The position numbers and the translations under genes were made by a program. From Fimbriimonas sp. (GTDB lineage: Bacteria > Armatimonadota > Fimbriimonadia > Fimbriimonadales > Fimbriimonadaceae), in NCBI GenBank assembly GCA_041288075.1, contig JBGGMI010000238.1:959-64958 (forward strand): 64,000 bases of DNA, read 5' to 3'. The notes beneath the pieces are model-generated. The model did not search any database. It saw only the letters and a list, made by a program, of their open reading frames with translations, and was not told where the DNA came from. Positions 56,262 through 64,000 of the stretch are shown in pieces. Numbering within the stretch: the stretch's first letter is position 1; each line of letters starts with the position of its first letter.

Positions 56262-57878
56262 TTAAGCGGCAGCCCTTCCCTTCTCACGCAAGGACTGGTC
56301 GTAGTCCTCTGGGGTGTCGTAGAAGGTTAGATTTTTGTTTTGCTTCTTGACGAAGTCCATGTTCCACTCAGAGGTGGCGGCCATTACGGGGCGGTTGTGG
56401 GCGTCTTCGAGGAGGCGGGCTCCGTTGCCGAGGAAAGCGTTATCGAGATCCTTTTCGGGGCCGCTCACCCACTTGACCAGGGTGTAGGGGAGGGGTTCGA
56501 GGGCGGTTTTGACTCCGTACTCGCTGATCATGCGGAACTGGACGACTTCGAACTGGAGGCGGCCGACTACGCCGAGGATCGGTTCTCTGCGTTGGGATCT
56601 TCTGTCCATGAAGACGTCCACAAGGCCTTCTTCGGTGAGTTGCTGGACTCCCTTTTCGAATTGCTTCAGGCGGGATACGTCCTGGTTTTGGAGGGTGGCC
56701 AAGACTTCGGGCACGAAGCTGGGGACTTCTTCGAATTTGGTAGTTTGGTCGAGGCTGAGGGTGTCGCCGAGGCGGAAGGCTCCCGGGTTGGTTAGGCCGA
56801 CGATGTCGCCGGGGTAGGCCTCTTCCACCGTTTCCCTTTCCTGGGCGAAGAGTCGCTGAGGTCTGGTTAGCCTGAGCTTCTTGCCGGTGCGGGTGTGAAC
56901 TACGTCCATGTCCTTTTCGAAGCGGCCGCTCACGACTCGCATGAAGGCGATTCGGTCGCGGTGCTGGGGGTCCATGTTGGCCTGGATCTTGAAGACGAAG
57001 CCGCTGAACTCGTCTCCTGGCTCCACAATCTTTTCGCCGGAGATTCTTGGCGCGGGGGGTGGGGCCATGGTTAGGAAGCTCCTTAGGAAGAGCTCTACGC
57101 CGAAATTGGAGATCGCGGAGCCGAAGAAGACGGGAGTGAGCTCGCCTCGAGAGACGCGATCATGATCGAATGAGTCGCCGGCGATATCCAGCAGCTCGAT
57201 GTCCTCCATGAGGGTCTTGTAGGCTTCCCTTCCGATTGCTTCTTCAGCTTCGGCTAGTGGGATGAAGTCGACCTTTGCTTTGGAAGCACCATGTGCGGTC
57301 TTTTGGTACATGTGCACCATCTGGGTGGCGCGGTCGAAGACTCCTCGGAATTCCGAGCCCTGCCCGATCGGCCAGTTGACTGGGGTGGTGCGGATTTGGA
57401 GGACGTCTTCTACCTCCGTGAGGAGCGCGAGAGGGCCCTTGCCTGGGTGGTCCATCTTGTTGACGAAGGTGAAGATGGGGATGCCTCGGCGGCTGCAGAC
57501 GGCGTAGAGCTTTCTCGTTTGTGCCTCGACGCCCTTCGCGTTGTCGATGAGCATGACGGCGCTATCGGCAGCGGTGAGGGTTCGATAGGTGTCGGCGCTG
57601 AAGTCCTCGTGGCCGGGTGTGTCGAGGAGGTTCAGGACGTGATCGGCGAACTCGAACTGGAGGACAGTGGAGGTGATGGAGATGCCGCGCTGCTTTTCGA
57701 GCTCCATCCAGTCGGAGGTTGCTTTCTTCTGATTACGGCGGGCCTTGACGGAGCCGGCCAGCTGGATGGCGCCGCCGTAAAGCAGGAGCTTTTCGGGGAG
57801 CGTGGTCTTTCCCGCGTCCGGGTGCGAGATGATCGCAAAGGTTTTCCTGCGAGCAGCCTCGCGCTGAATGTCCGTCAT
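56262..57878 (-). CDS. prfC: Peptide chain release factor 3
   Basis: FAIISHPDAGKTT, DWMELEKQRGISITS, DTPGHEDFS, NKMD, FKIQANMDPQHRDRIAF. Confidence 0.96.
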   Translation of the reverse strand: MTDIQREAARRKTFAIISHPDAGKTTLPEKLLLYGGAIQLAGSVKARRNQKKATSDWMELEKQRGISITSTVLQFEFADHVLNLLDTPGHEDFSADTYRTLTAADSAVMLIDNAKGVEAQTRKLYAVCSRRGIPIFTFVNKMDHPGKGPLALLTEVEDVLQIRTTPVNWPIGQGSEFRGVFDRATQMVHMYQKTAHGASKAKVDFIPLAEAEEAIGREAYKTLMEDIELLDIAGDSFDHDRVSRGELTPVFFGSAISNFGVELFLRSFLTMAPPPAPRISGEKIVEPGDEFSGFVFKIQANMDPQHRDRIAFMRVVSGRFEKDMDVVHTRTGKKLRLTRPQRLFAQERETVEEAYPGDIVGLTNPGAFRLGDTLSLDQTTKFEEVPSFVPEVLATLQNQDVSRLKQFEKGVQQLTEEGLVDVFMDRRSQRREPILGVVGRLQFEVVQFRMISEYGVKTALEPLPYTLVKWVSGPEKDLDNAFLGNGARLLEDAHNRPVMAATSEWNMDFVKKQNKNLTFYDTPEDYDQSLREKGRAAA

Positions 57879-58024
57879 TGCCTACTATGCCTACGCCAGT
57901 TCTGGTCGGTGGGGCGATAGAGATGGTGACACAGGAGTGATCATTGATGGTTGAGAGGAGCCTCAAGATAAGTGCTCAGACCGGGCACGGATGCATCTCT
58001 GGCTACGCTGCCGCCCTTGTCTGT

Positions 58025-58053
58025 ACGCGGGCACAAGCCATCCCGCGACTACA
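58025..58053 (-). repeat. GTAG-type REP-like palindrome, copy 3
   Basis: acgcgggcacaagccatcccgcgactaca. Confidence 0.75.
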
Positions 58054-58069
58054 TTTCTCGCGCCGCACA

Positions 58070-59302
58070 TTACTCGGCCGCTGGCCCGATGCTAGTGGTG
58101 CTTATGAGGTCGGGGGTTAGGATTCGGTTGGCCAAGGTTGTTAGAGCCTCGTTCGTAACCGCATCGATTTTAGCGAGAGTCTCCTCAACCGTGATCTCTC
58201 TTTCGTGATTCAGCTCGTTGCGGCTCATTCGCATCATGCGAGAGCTCATGCCTTCGAGGGCTAGGACTAGGTTGCCGGAGATGTGGCGCTTGGTTCGCTT
58301 GAGCTCTTCCTCTTCGAAGCCGTCTTTCATAACCTTGTCGAACTCGGTTCTGACCAGTTCCTGCACCAAGGGCCAGTGCGTGGGGCTGGTGCCGCCGTAG
58401 ACGGTGTAGGCTCCGCCGGCGCCGTAGTTGAGGGTGTAGCTGCCTACCGAATAGGCCAGTCCCCGCTTCTCCCGAATCTCTTGGAACAGACGGCTGGACA
58501 TGCTGCCGCCTAGAGCTGCGTCAAGCACGGCCATGGTGTAGAGGTCGTCGTCGTAGAGGGACGTGCCGTCGGTGCCGATGCAGAAGTGAACCTGCTCGAC
58601 GTCCTTCTCTTCGGCGATCGTCTTGGCGGTGCCGCCGGGACGGGTGGGTTGCTCGTCGGAGCTTCCGCTTTTGATGCCGCCGAGGGCTTTCTCGGCGAAG
58701 CTTCGGACTTGGTCGGCGGAGACGTTGCCGGCTACTGCCAGGAGCACGTTTTCGCCACGGTAGCGGCGGTCCATGTAGCTGGCGATGTCTTCCCTTTTGA
58801 AGGAGCTGACGGACTCGGGGGTGCCGATGATGGGCTTGCCAAGGGGGTGGGTGCCCCAGCGGTGCTCAAGGTGGAGCTCGTGGATGTGGTCGCTTGGCTC
58901 GTCTTGACTGCGCTTGATCTCCTCGAGGACGACGCTTTCTTCGCGTTCTAGCTCCTCGGGATCGATGAGGCTGTGGAGCATCATGTCGGTGAGGACGTCG
59001 ACGCCGTTTTCCACACTGTCCGAGAGGACTCGGCAGTAGTAGCAGGTGGATTCCTTGTCGGTGAAGGCGTTGAGCGAGCCGCCCTGGCCTTCGATGGCTT
59101 CGGCGATTTCCTTTGCGGTGCGCTTCTCGGTGCCCTTGAAGAGCATGTGCTCGATGAGGTGGGTGATTCCGGCTTCGTTGTCGAGCTCGTGGCGGCTGCC
59201 GGTTTTGCACCAGAGGCCGATGGCGGCAGATTTGACGTGGCCGACGGGCTCGACGAGCACTCGGACACCGTTGTCGAGGACGAATTTCTGTATTTCGCTC
59301 AT
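58070..59302 (-). CDS. M16 family (pitrilysin-like) zinc peptidase
   Basis: GSRHE, GITHLIEHMLFKGT (HxxEH), NAFTDKE, SSRLFQEIREKRGLAYSV. Confidence 0.93.
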   Translation of the reverse strand: MSEIQKFVLDNGVRVLVEPVGHVKSAAIGLWCKTGSRHELDNEAGITHLIEHMLFKGTEKRTAKEIAEAIEGQGGSLNAFTDKESTCYYCRVLSDSVENGVDVLTDMMLHSLIDPEELEREESVVLEEIKRSQDEPSDHIHELHLEHRWGTHPLGKPIIGTPESVSSFKREDIASYMDRRYRGENVLLAVAGNVSADQVRSFAEKALGGIKSGSSDEQPTRPGGTAKTIAEEKDVEQVHFCIGTDGTSLYDDDLYTMAVLDAALGGSMSSRLFQEIREKRGLAYSVGSYTLNYGAGGAYTVYGGTSPTHWPLVQELVRTEFDKVMKDGFEEEELKRTKRHISGNLVLALEGMSSRMMRMSRNELNHEREITVEETLAKIDAVTNEALTTLANRILTPDLISTTSIGPAAE

Positions 59303-60097
59303 TTAGCTTCTGGAGATCTTGAGGGATAGGGCGCCGAGTTTTTCGACGGCAAGTTGGACTTCGTCCCCTGGGTCGAGGAGGATGGGGTCCTCTGGGTCGA
59401 CGAGGGGGCCGAAGGCGATGAGGTCGCCGGCTCGGATGGGGCTATTTTGGCTGGCGGATGAGATGGCTTGGGCGAAGCTGTAGGGGAGGTTCTCGGTGTT
59501 GCCTCTTGCTCGTTCTACGCCGTTCACTCTGATGATGGCTTCGAGGGCGTAGGTTCTGCCTTTCTCGCCGTCGAGCAGGGATTCTTCTAGCTCGTCGGGG
59601 GTGGTGACTACTGGGCCGAGGACTCCGCCGAGGTCGTGGGAGCGGCCGATTAGGCCGATTCTGCGTTCTTCGCGTTCCGCGCTGTGGCTGACCATGAGGA
59701 GGATCATGGTGAAGCCTAGGATCACGTCGTCGGCGGTTTCTACGTCGATTTGGTAGGCGTCGGTGACGACTACGGCGGCTAGGTAGGGCTCGACGCTGAT
59801 CTCGCTCAGGGTCTCCGGATGGTTGAGGATCTGGCTGGCGCCGGCTAGGGCCGTTGGATTTGCGTAGAAGTAGTACGGATCCTCGCTGTCCATGCCAGGA
59901 ATGATGCCGGGCTGGAGGTCGCTGCGGAAGACTCGCAGGCTCGGGGCGTTCGGGATCGGCATTAGCGGCCGGACGGCTTCTGCTTCGTGGACGGCGATGG
60001 CTTCGGCCCCGCTGGTCTCGTAGATTTTGCCGCTGTAGACCATGCCCGACCGGATCACGCCCGGCTCGGCTTTGAGTTCAAAACGGCAGAGCTTCAC
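59303..60097 (-). CDS. Fumarylacetoacetate hydrolase-fold protein, apparently non-catalytic
   Basis: LGPVVTTPDEL, VNG..R..GNT, ISSAS...PIRAGDLIAFG, L.PGDEV...VEKLG.L C-terminal FAH motifs; metal ligands missing. Confidence 0.72.
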   Translation of the reverse strand: MKLCRFELKAEPGVIRSGMVYSGKIYETSGAEAIAVHEAEAVRPLMPIPNAPSLRVFRSDLQPGIIPGMDSEDPYYFYANPTALAGASQILNHPETLSEISVEPYLAAVVVTDAYQIDVETADDVILGFTMILLMVSHSAEREERRIGLIGRSHDLGGVLGPVVTTPDELEESLLDGEKGRTYALEAIIRVNGVERARGNTENLPYSFAQAISSASQNSPIRAGDLIAFGPLVDPEDPILLDPGDEVQLAVEKLGALSLKISRS

Positions 60098-60281
60098 CTG
60101 TTCAGGTTACCTTTTCGATCCCCCTCCCGAGCCCCTCTACGGGTTGGGATGGGGGGATCATCTGTTTTGAACCTGGCGTTGATCATCATCACGAGCCCCT
60201 CCATGGGTCGTGATGGGATGATGGGGCGAATGGGGTGAATGGAATGAGAGGCTCATATACTTATTAGGATTTCAGATCGCT

Positions 60282-60308
60282 TTTTGTCAACCAACTTCGT
60301 TGAAAAAA
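60282..60308. repeat. Palindromic motif TTTTGTCAAC-N7-GTTGAAAAAA (third copy)
   Basis: Identical arms and spacer length at 53343-53369; variant at 10221-10242. Confidence 0.65.
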
Positions 60309-60351
60309 CTCCAGAAATCTTAAAGTCTCTTCGATGCCTCACCTGTCCCAG

Positions 60352-61671
60352 CTAGTGCATCTTGATGAGAATGGCTTCGATCAAACTGCCCGCGGTTGTC
60401 TCTGCCGATCCTACGATGTAGGCATTCAGGAGTGGATCTACCACGACGCCGTTGGCACCGTCCATTCCAGCCGATCCTCCGTCTATGCGGTGCGTCCATG
60501 TGCGGGTTCCGGACTTCAGATACTTAACGATAAGCAGGTCTGTGTCGGTGGCACCTACGGTGGCAGAGACAACAAAGCTCTCTTGGCTGTCGATCGCTAC
60601 GCCGGACGGACGAATTCCCTTGATATCTTCGAGCCGTTTGGACCAGCGAAAGGCGCCGGCCGTGCTGTAGTTAAGCGTGGCCATCTGGCTGAATCCGGTC
60701 GACTGGTAGGTCTCCGCGACGATGGCGATGGTGGCAAGGTCGTCGATGGCGAGTCCCTTCGGAACGTCGTTCAGGTTCCCGGAGCCGTTGTACGCCTTCC
60801 GCCAATTAAGGCTTCCGTTGGGGGAATAGGAGGTCAACGTTAGGTTCCCGGTCGTAGGGTCAACACCATCCCACATCCGGCCTAGGACGGCGCATCCACC
60901 GTTCTGAAATGCTGCGATGTGGCTTGCCTCCGCTCTCAAACTTGGTCCGACGAAGAACTTGAGCCAGAGACGTGCCCCGGCGCTCGAATACTTAATGGTT
61001 CTCAACTGCGTCTCGCCCGAAGAGGATTTCACCGAGCCCGCAACGTAAACGTTCTGAGATCCGTCCAGCGAAACAGCGGCTCCGTCATCGTCGCCATTCG
61101 CGGTGCCATTGCTTCGCGCCGACCAAACAGTGGAGCCTGCGGCGTTGTATTTCACGGTGTAGATGTCGTGCCCGTTCGCAGCTGAGTCGGCCCATCCGGT
61201 GACCACGGCTTCACTGCCTGAAGCCGCAACTCCGTTCGCTTTGCCGACTACCGGTGAGTTCATCCAGCTAAGTCCGCCGGCTGCCGTTATTCTGAGAACC
61301 ATCCATCTAGGGCTCGACGCAGGTGCGGCCGTCCAACCCGAAACGATCACGTTCTGAGTGCCATCAATGGCCATTCCCGTGAGAACTTCTTGGGCATTGA
61401 CTGCGTCGGTCGCCACCGACCAGAGCAGGACGCCGTCGGACGTGTACTTTCGCACGAACGCCTGCGAAAAGCCTCCGAAGGACGTGGTGCCCGCCATGAT
61501 GACGTTGCCGTTACCATCTCGCTTCACGAGACTTCCGACGTTGGTGCCCACCGAGGCCTTGGCGTAAGTGCGAGTCCAGTCGATGGTTTGAGCCGTGGCG
61601 ATGTTCGGCAACAGAGCAGCGCACAAGATGGAGAATGGCAAGAGTTTTTGAAACCTGACAGCAATTGGCAT
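60352..61671 (-). CDS. Secreted beta-propeller repeat protein (SBBP-like repeats)
   Basis: Signal peptide; repeated unit 'AID..GNV.V.G......T.KY.S.G...W'. Confidence 0.78.
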   Translation of the reverse strand: MPIAVRFQKLLPFSILCAALLPNIATAQTIDWTRTYAKASVGTNVGSLVKRDGNGNVIMAGTTSFGGFSQAFVRKYTSDGVLLWSVATDAVNAQEVLTGMAIDGTQNVIVSGWTAAPASSPRWMVLRITAAGGLSWMNSPVVGKANGVAASGSEAVVTGWADSAANGHDIYTVKYNAAGSTVWSARSNGTANGDDDGAAVSLDGSQNVYVAGSVKSSSGETQLRTIKYSSAGARLWLKFFVGPSLRAEASHIAAFQNGGCAVLGRMWDGVDPTTGNLTLTSYSPNGSLNWRKAYNGSGNLNDVPKGLAIDDLATIAIVAETYQSTGFSQMATLNYSTAGAFRWSKRLEDIKGIRPSGVAIDSQESFVVSATVGATDTDLLIVKYLKSGTRTWTHRIDGGSAGMDGANGVVVDPLLNAYIVGSAETTAGSLIEAILIKMH

Positions 61672-61910
61672 AAATCGAACCTAACCCGATTATACGGATT
61701 AGCTCCGTATTCCGCTCGTTTGAATCTGAGCGCGTGTCGCGCACGCGACCGTCATCTCCGGCTCTCTCTGTTGCGGTGTCACGTGTGGGCACGGGCCGGC
61801 GGTTCGCAGGTTCCGTCTTACAATATTCGGCTCCGAGCCCCGGTCTCGCGGGGCCATATCGCTTTTGGTGATGCAGCCTTAGTTCTTGAACGTGTTGGCG
61901 GAAGAAGAAA

Positions 61911-61974
61911 GCCTCAGCAGAGCCGCCAGGAAAGCTTCATCCAGTGAGAGTGTTTTGGGCGGCACTACTGAGGC
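61911..61974. repeat. 64-bp inverted-repeat element, copy 2
   Basis: gcctcagcagagccgcc...ggcggcactactgaggc; arms match 33201-33264. Confidence 0.7.
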
Positions 61975-61993
61975 ATCCAACACTACAGGCTGC

Positions 61994-62021
61994 ACGCGGC
62001 ACGAGCCATCCCGCGACTACA
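61994..62021 (-). repeat. GTAG-type REP-like palindrome, copy 4
   Basis: acgcggcacgagccatcccgcgactaca. Confidence 0.7.
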
Positions 62022-62061
62022 TTCCGGATTTACGCATGAGCCATACCGTCCTTAGGCTAGA

Positions 62062-62163
62062 TTACGAGTCGGAATCTACGGTGAAGGTGTAGTTGTAGAG
62101 ACAGCGGTCGCCGCTGATTTCTATGACTTGCTTGTGCAGCTCGATTTGTTCTAGCTCTTCCAT
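62062..62163 (-). CDS. Putative small protein (33 aa, MEELEQIELHKQVIEISGDRCLYNYTFTVDSDS)
   Basis: GAGG upstream, ATG overlapping the preceding small ORF; below the ORF-track length cutoff. Confidence 0.5.
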   Translation of the reverse strand: MEELEQIELHKQVIEISGDRCLYNYTFTVDSDS

Positions 62164-62240
62164 TCGAATACCTCAATCACTCGGTTGCCGGGGTTGGGTG
62201 CCGGAGGAGATGCCTTCACGGATGAAGGCACTACTTCCAT
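62151..62240 (-). CDS. Possible 29-aa ORF coupled to the ROK gene stop
   Basis: ATG at 62240 overlaps the ROK stop (ATGGAAGTAG). Confidence 0.25.
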   Translation of the reverse strand: MEVVPSSVKASPPAPNPGNRVIEVFEWKS

Positions 62241-63256
62241 TTCAGTGCCTCGATGGCCAGAGCAGCTCCGCCGAGCATGCCGGCGTCGTCTAGCTGCTCG
62301 GCCAGCTGGATCTTTGCATCTCTGAAGAGAACGGGGATGGCTACGTTCCTTGCCGACTTGATTGCCGGCTTCAGGACCCACTCCTCGCTTTTCGCGATTT
62401 GGCCGCCGATGGCTACGATGTCGGGGGCGAAGATGTTGATGAAGTTGCCGATGCCGACTCCGAGCATCGTGCCGACTTCTTCCCATACCTCGATTGCTAC
62501 GTCGTCGCCTTTGTCCGCTGCCTCGTCGAGATGCTTTGGGGTGAGGTTGGAGTAATCGCCTTCGAGCATGTCCACGAGCATTGACTTGCGCCCTCTTCTG
62601 AGGTGGTGCTGGGCTCTTCTCACGATGGCGTCACGTTGGCAATAGCCCTCGATCGATCCGTACTCGCCGCCGTTACAATCGGGTCCGAGATAGTTGATCA
62701 CGACGTGGCCGAGTTCAACCCCGCCCTTGTTGCCGCCTACCAGGACGAGCGGTCCCCGCGCGTCTCCTTGCACTGAAGGCGGTGCGAGCACGACGCCGCC
62801 ACCGATGCCGGTGCCGATGGTGAGCATGACGAGGCAGTTGGCGGAGTTCTTGCCGCTTCCGAACTTGTATTCGCCGAGGGCCGCCAGGTTCGCGTCGTTG
62901 CCCATGCTGACGGGGAGGCCCACCCGCTCGGAAAGCTCAGGCCCGATAGAGACGTCGAGCCAGTATTGGAAGATGCCGTTGACCATCTCGCCGAAGTTGG
63001 GCGCCCACACCACTCTTCCACGCTCGTCGTCCACAAAGCCGGGAATGGCTAGCCCCACTCGCGAAGGCTTTACATCCGCTGATTCAACGGCTTGCAAAAT
63101 GGTCGCAGCCATCGAATCGATGATCGCAGCGGTTCCTTCCTGGGCTCGCGAGGGATTGCTGTAACTTTGTCCCGCCTCCGACCCGTCCTCATAGAACGCG
63201 CCCGCTCGCACGTTTGTCCCACCCAAGTCCACGCCGACAACGCACTGCCTGCTCAT
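62231..63256 (-). CDS. ROK family sugar kinase (glucokinase-like)
   Basis: VGVDLGGTNVR, GLAIPG, GNDANLAALGE, LTIGTGIGGG, ELGH, C..GEYG.IEGY, AGMLGGA; start ATG 63256. Confidence 0.92.
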   Translation of the reverse strand: MSRQCVVGVDLGGTNVRAGAFYEDGSEAGQSYSNPSRAQEGTAAIIDSMAATILQAVESADVKPSRVGLAIPGFVDDERGRVVWAPNFGEMVNGIFQYWLDVSIGPELSERVGLPVSMGNDANLAALGEYKFGSGKNSANCLVMLTIGTGIGGGVVLAPPSVQGDARGPLVLVGGNKGGVELGHVVINYLGPDCNGGEYGSIEGYCQRDAIVRRAQHHLRRGRKSMLVDMLEGDYSNLTPKHLDEAADKGDDVAIEVWEEVGTMLGVGIGNFINIFAPDIVAIGGQIAKSEEWVLKPAIKSARNVAIPVLFRDAKIQLAEQLDDAGMLGGAALAIEALKWK

Positions 63257-63352
63257 CGGGGCGGATTGTAGCAGGGTAGGCGGCAACCGTGCCTCGGGTT
63301 AGCGTAAATTGAAGAACATGTGCCGACGTGCTGCCGGGGTGGAGAGACCTCT

Positions 63353-64000
<648 letters not shown>

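Noticed and set aside
61700-61900. Possible ~52-aa minus-strand ORF and small hairpins upstream of the SBBP-like gene
   Set aside because: No SD or -10 geometry, no recognisable motif; insufficient support

Overview
High-GC bacterial chromosomal window with densely packed genes. It is most likely Armatimonadota (Fimbriimonadaceae-like); this is inferred from the several prepilin/H-X9-DG proteins, DUF1501, the short signal peptides and the overall gene content. It carries housekeeping genes (pgk, queA, gatCA, purD, thiolase, murQ plus a sugar kinase, galE, prfC, etfBA, M16 peptidase, ROK kinase, partial moxR), tRNA-Ser(CGA), glycan-degrading enzymes (GH95, GH127, GH43, a BNR/VPS10 protein), two tandem ~1020-aa secreted beta-propeller/Ig-repeat paralogs and three pilin-like genes. 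No integrase, transposase, prophage, rRNA or CRISPR array was recognised. Strongest unusual signals: (1) a compact cobalamin riboswitch whose only target is a prepilin-type H-X9-DG gene, suggesting a B12-responsive pseudopilin; (2) pervasive leaderless gene architecture, with a TAnnnT box 4-9 nt before start codons; (3) several dispersed palindromic non-coding repeat families (GTAG-type REP, a 64-bp inverted-repeat element, a ~220-bp composite element); (4) queA and murQ, whose conserved N-termini can only start at near-cognate codons (CTG, ATC); (5) several apparent pseudo-enzymes (clostripain Cys->Ser, FAH lacking metal ligands, YyaL lacking CxxC, J-domain lacking HPD). All family calls come from motif recognition by eye; no database searches were run.
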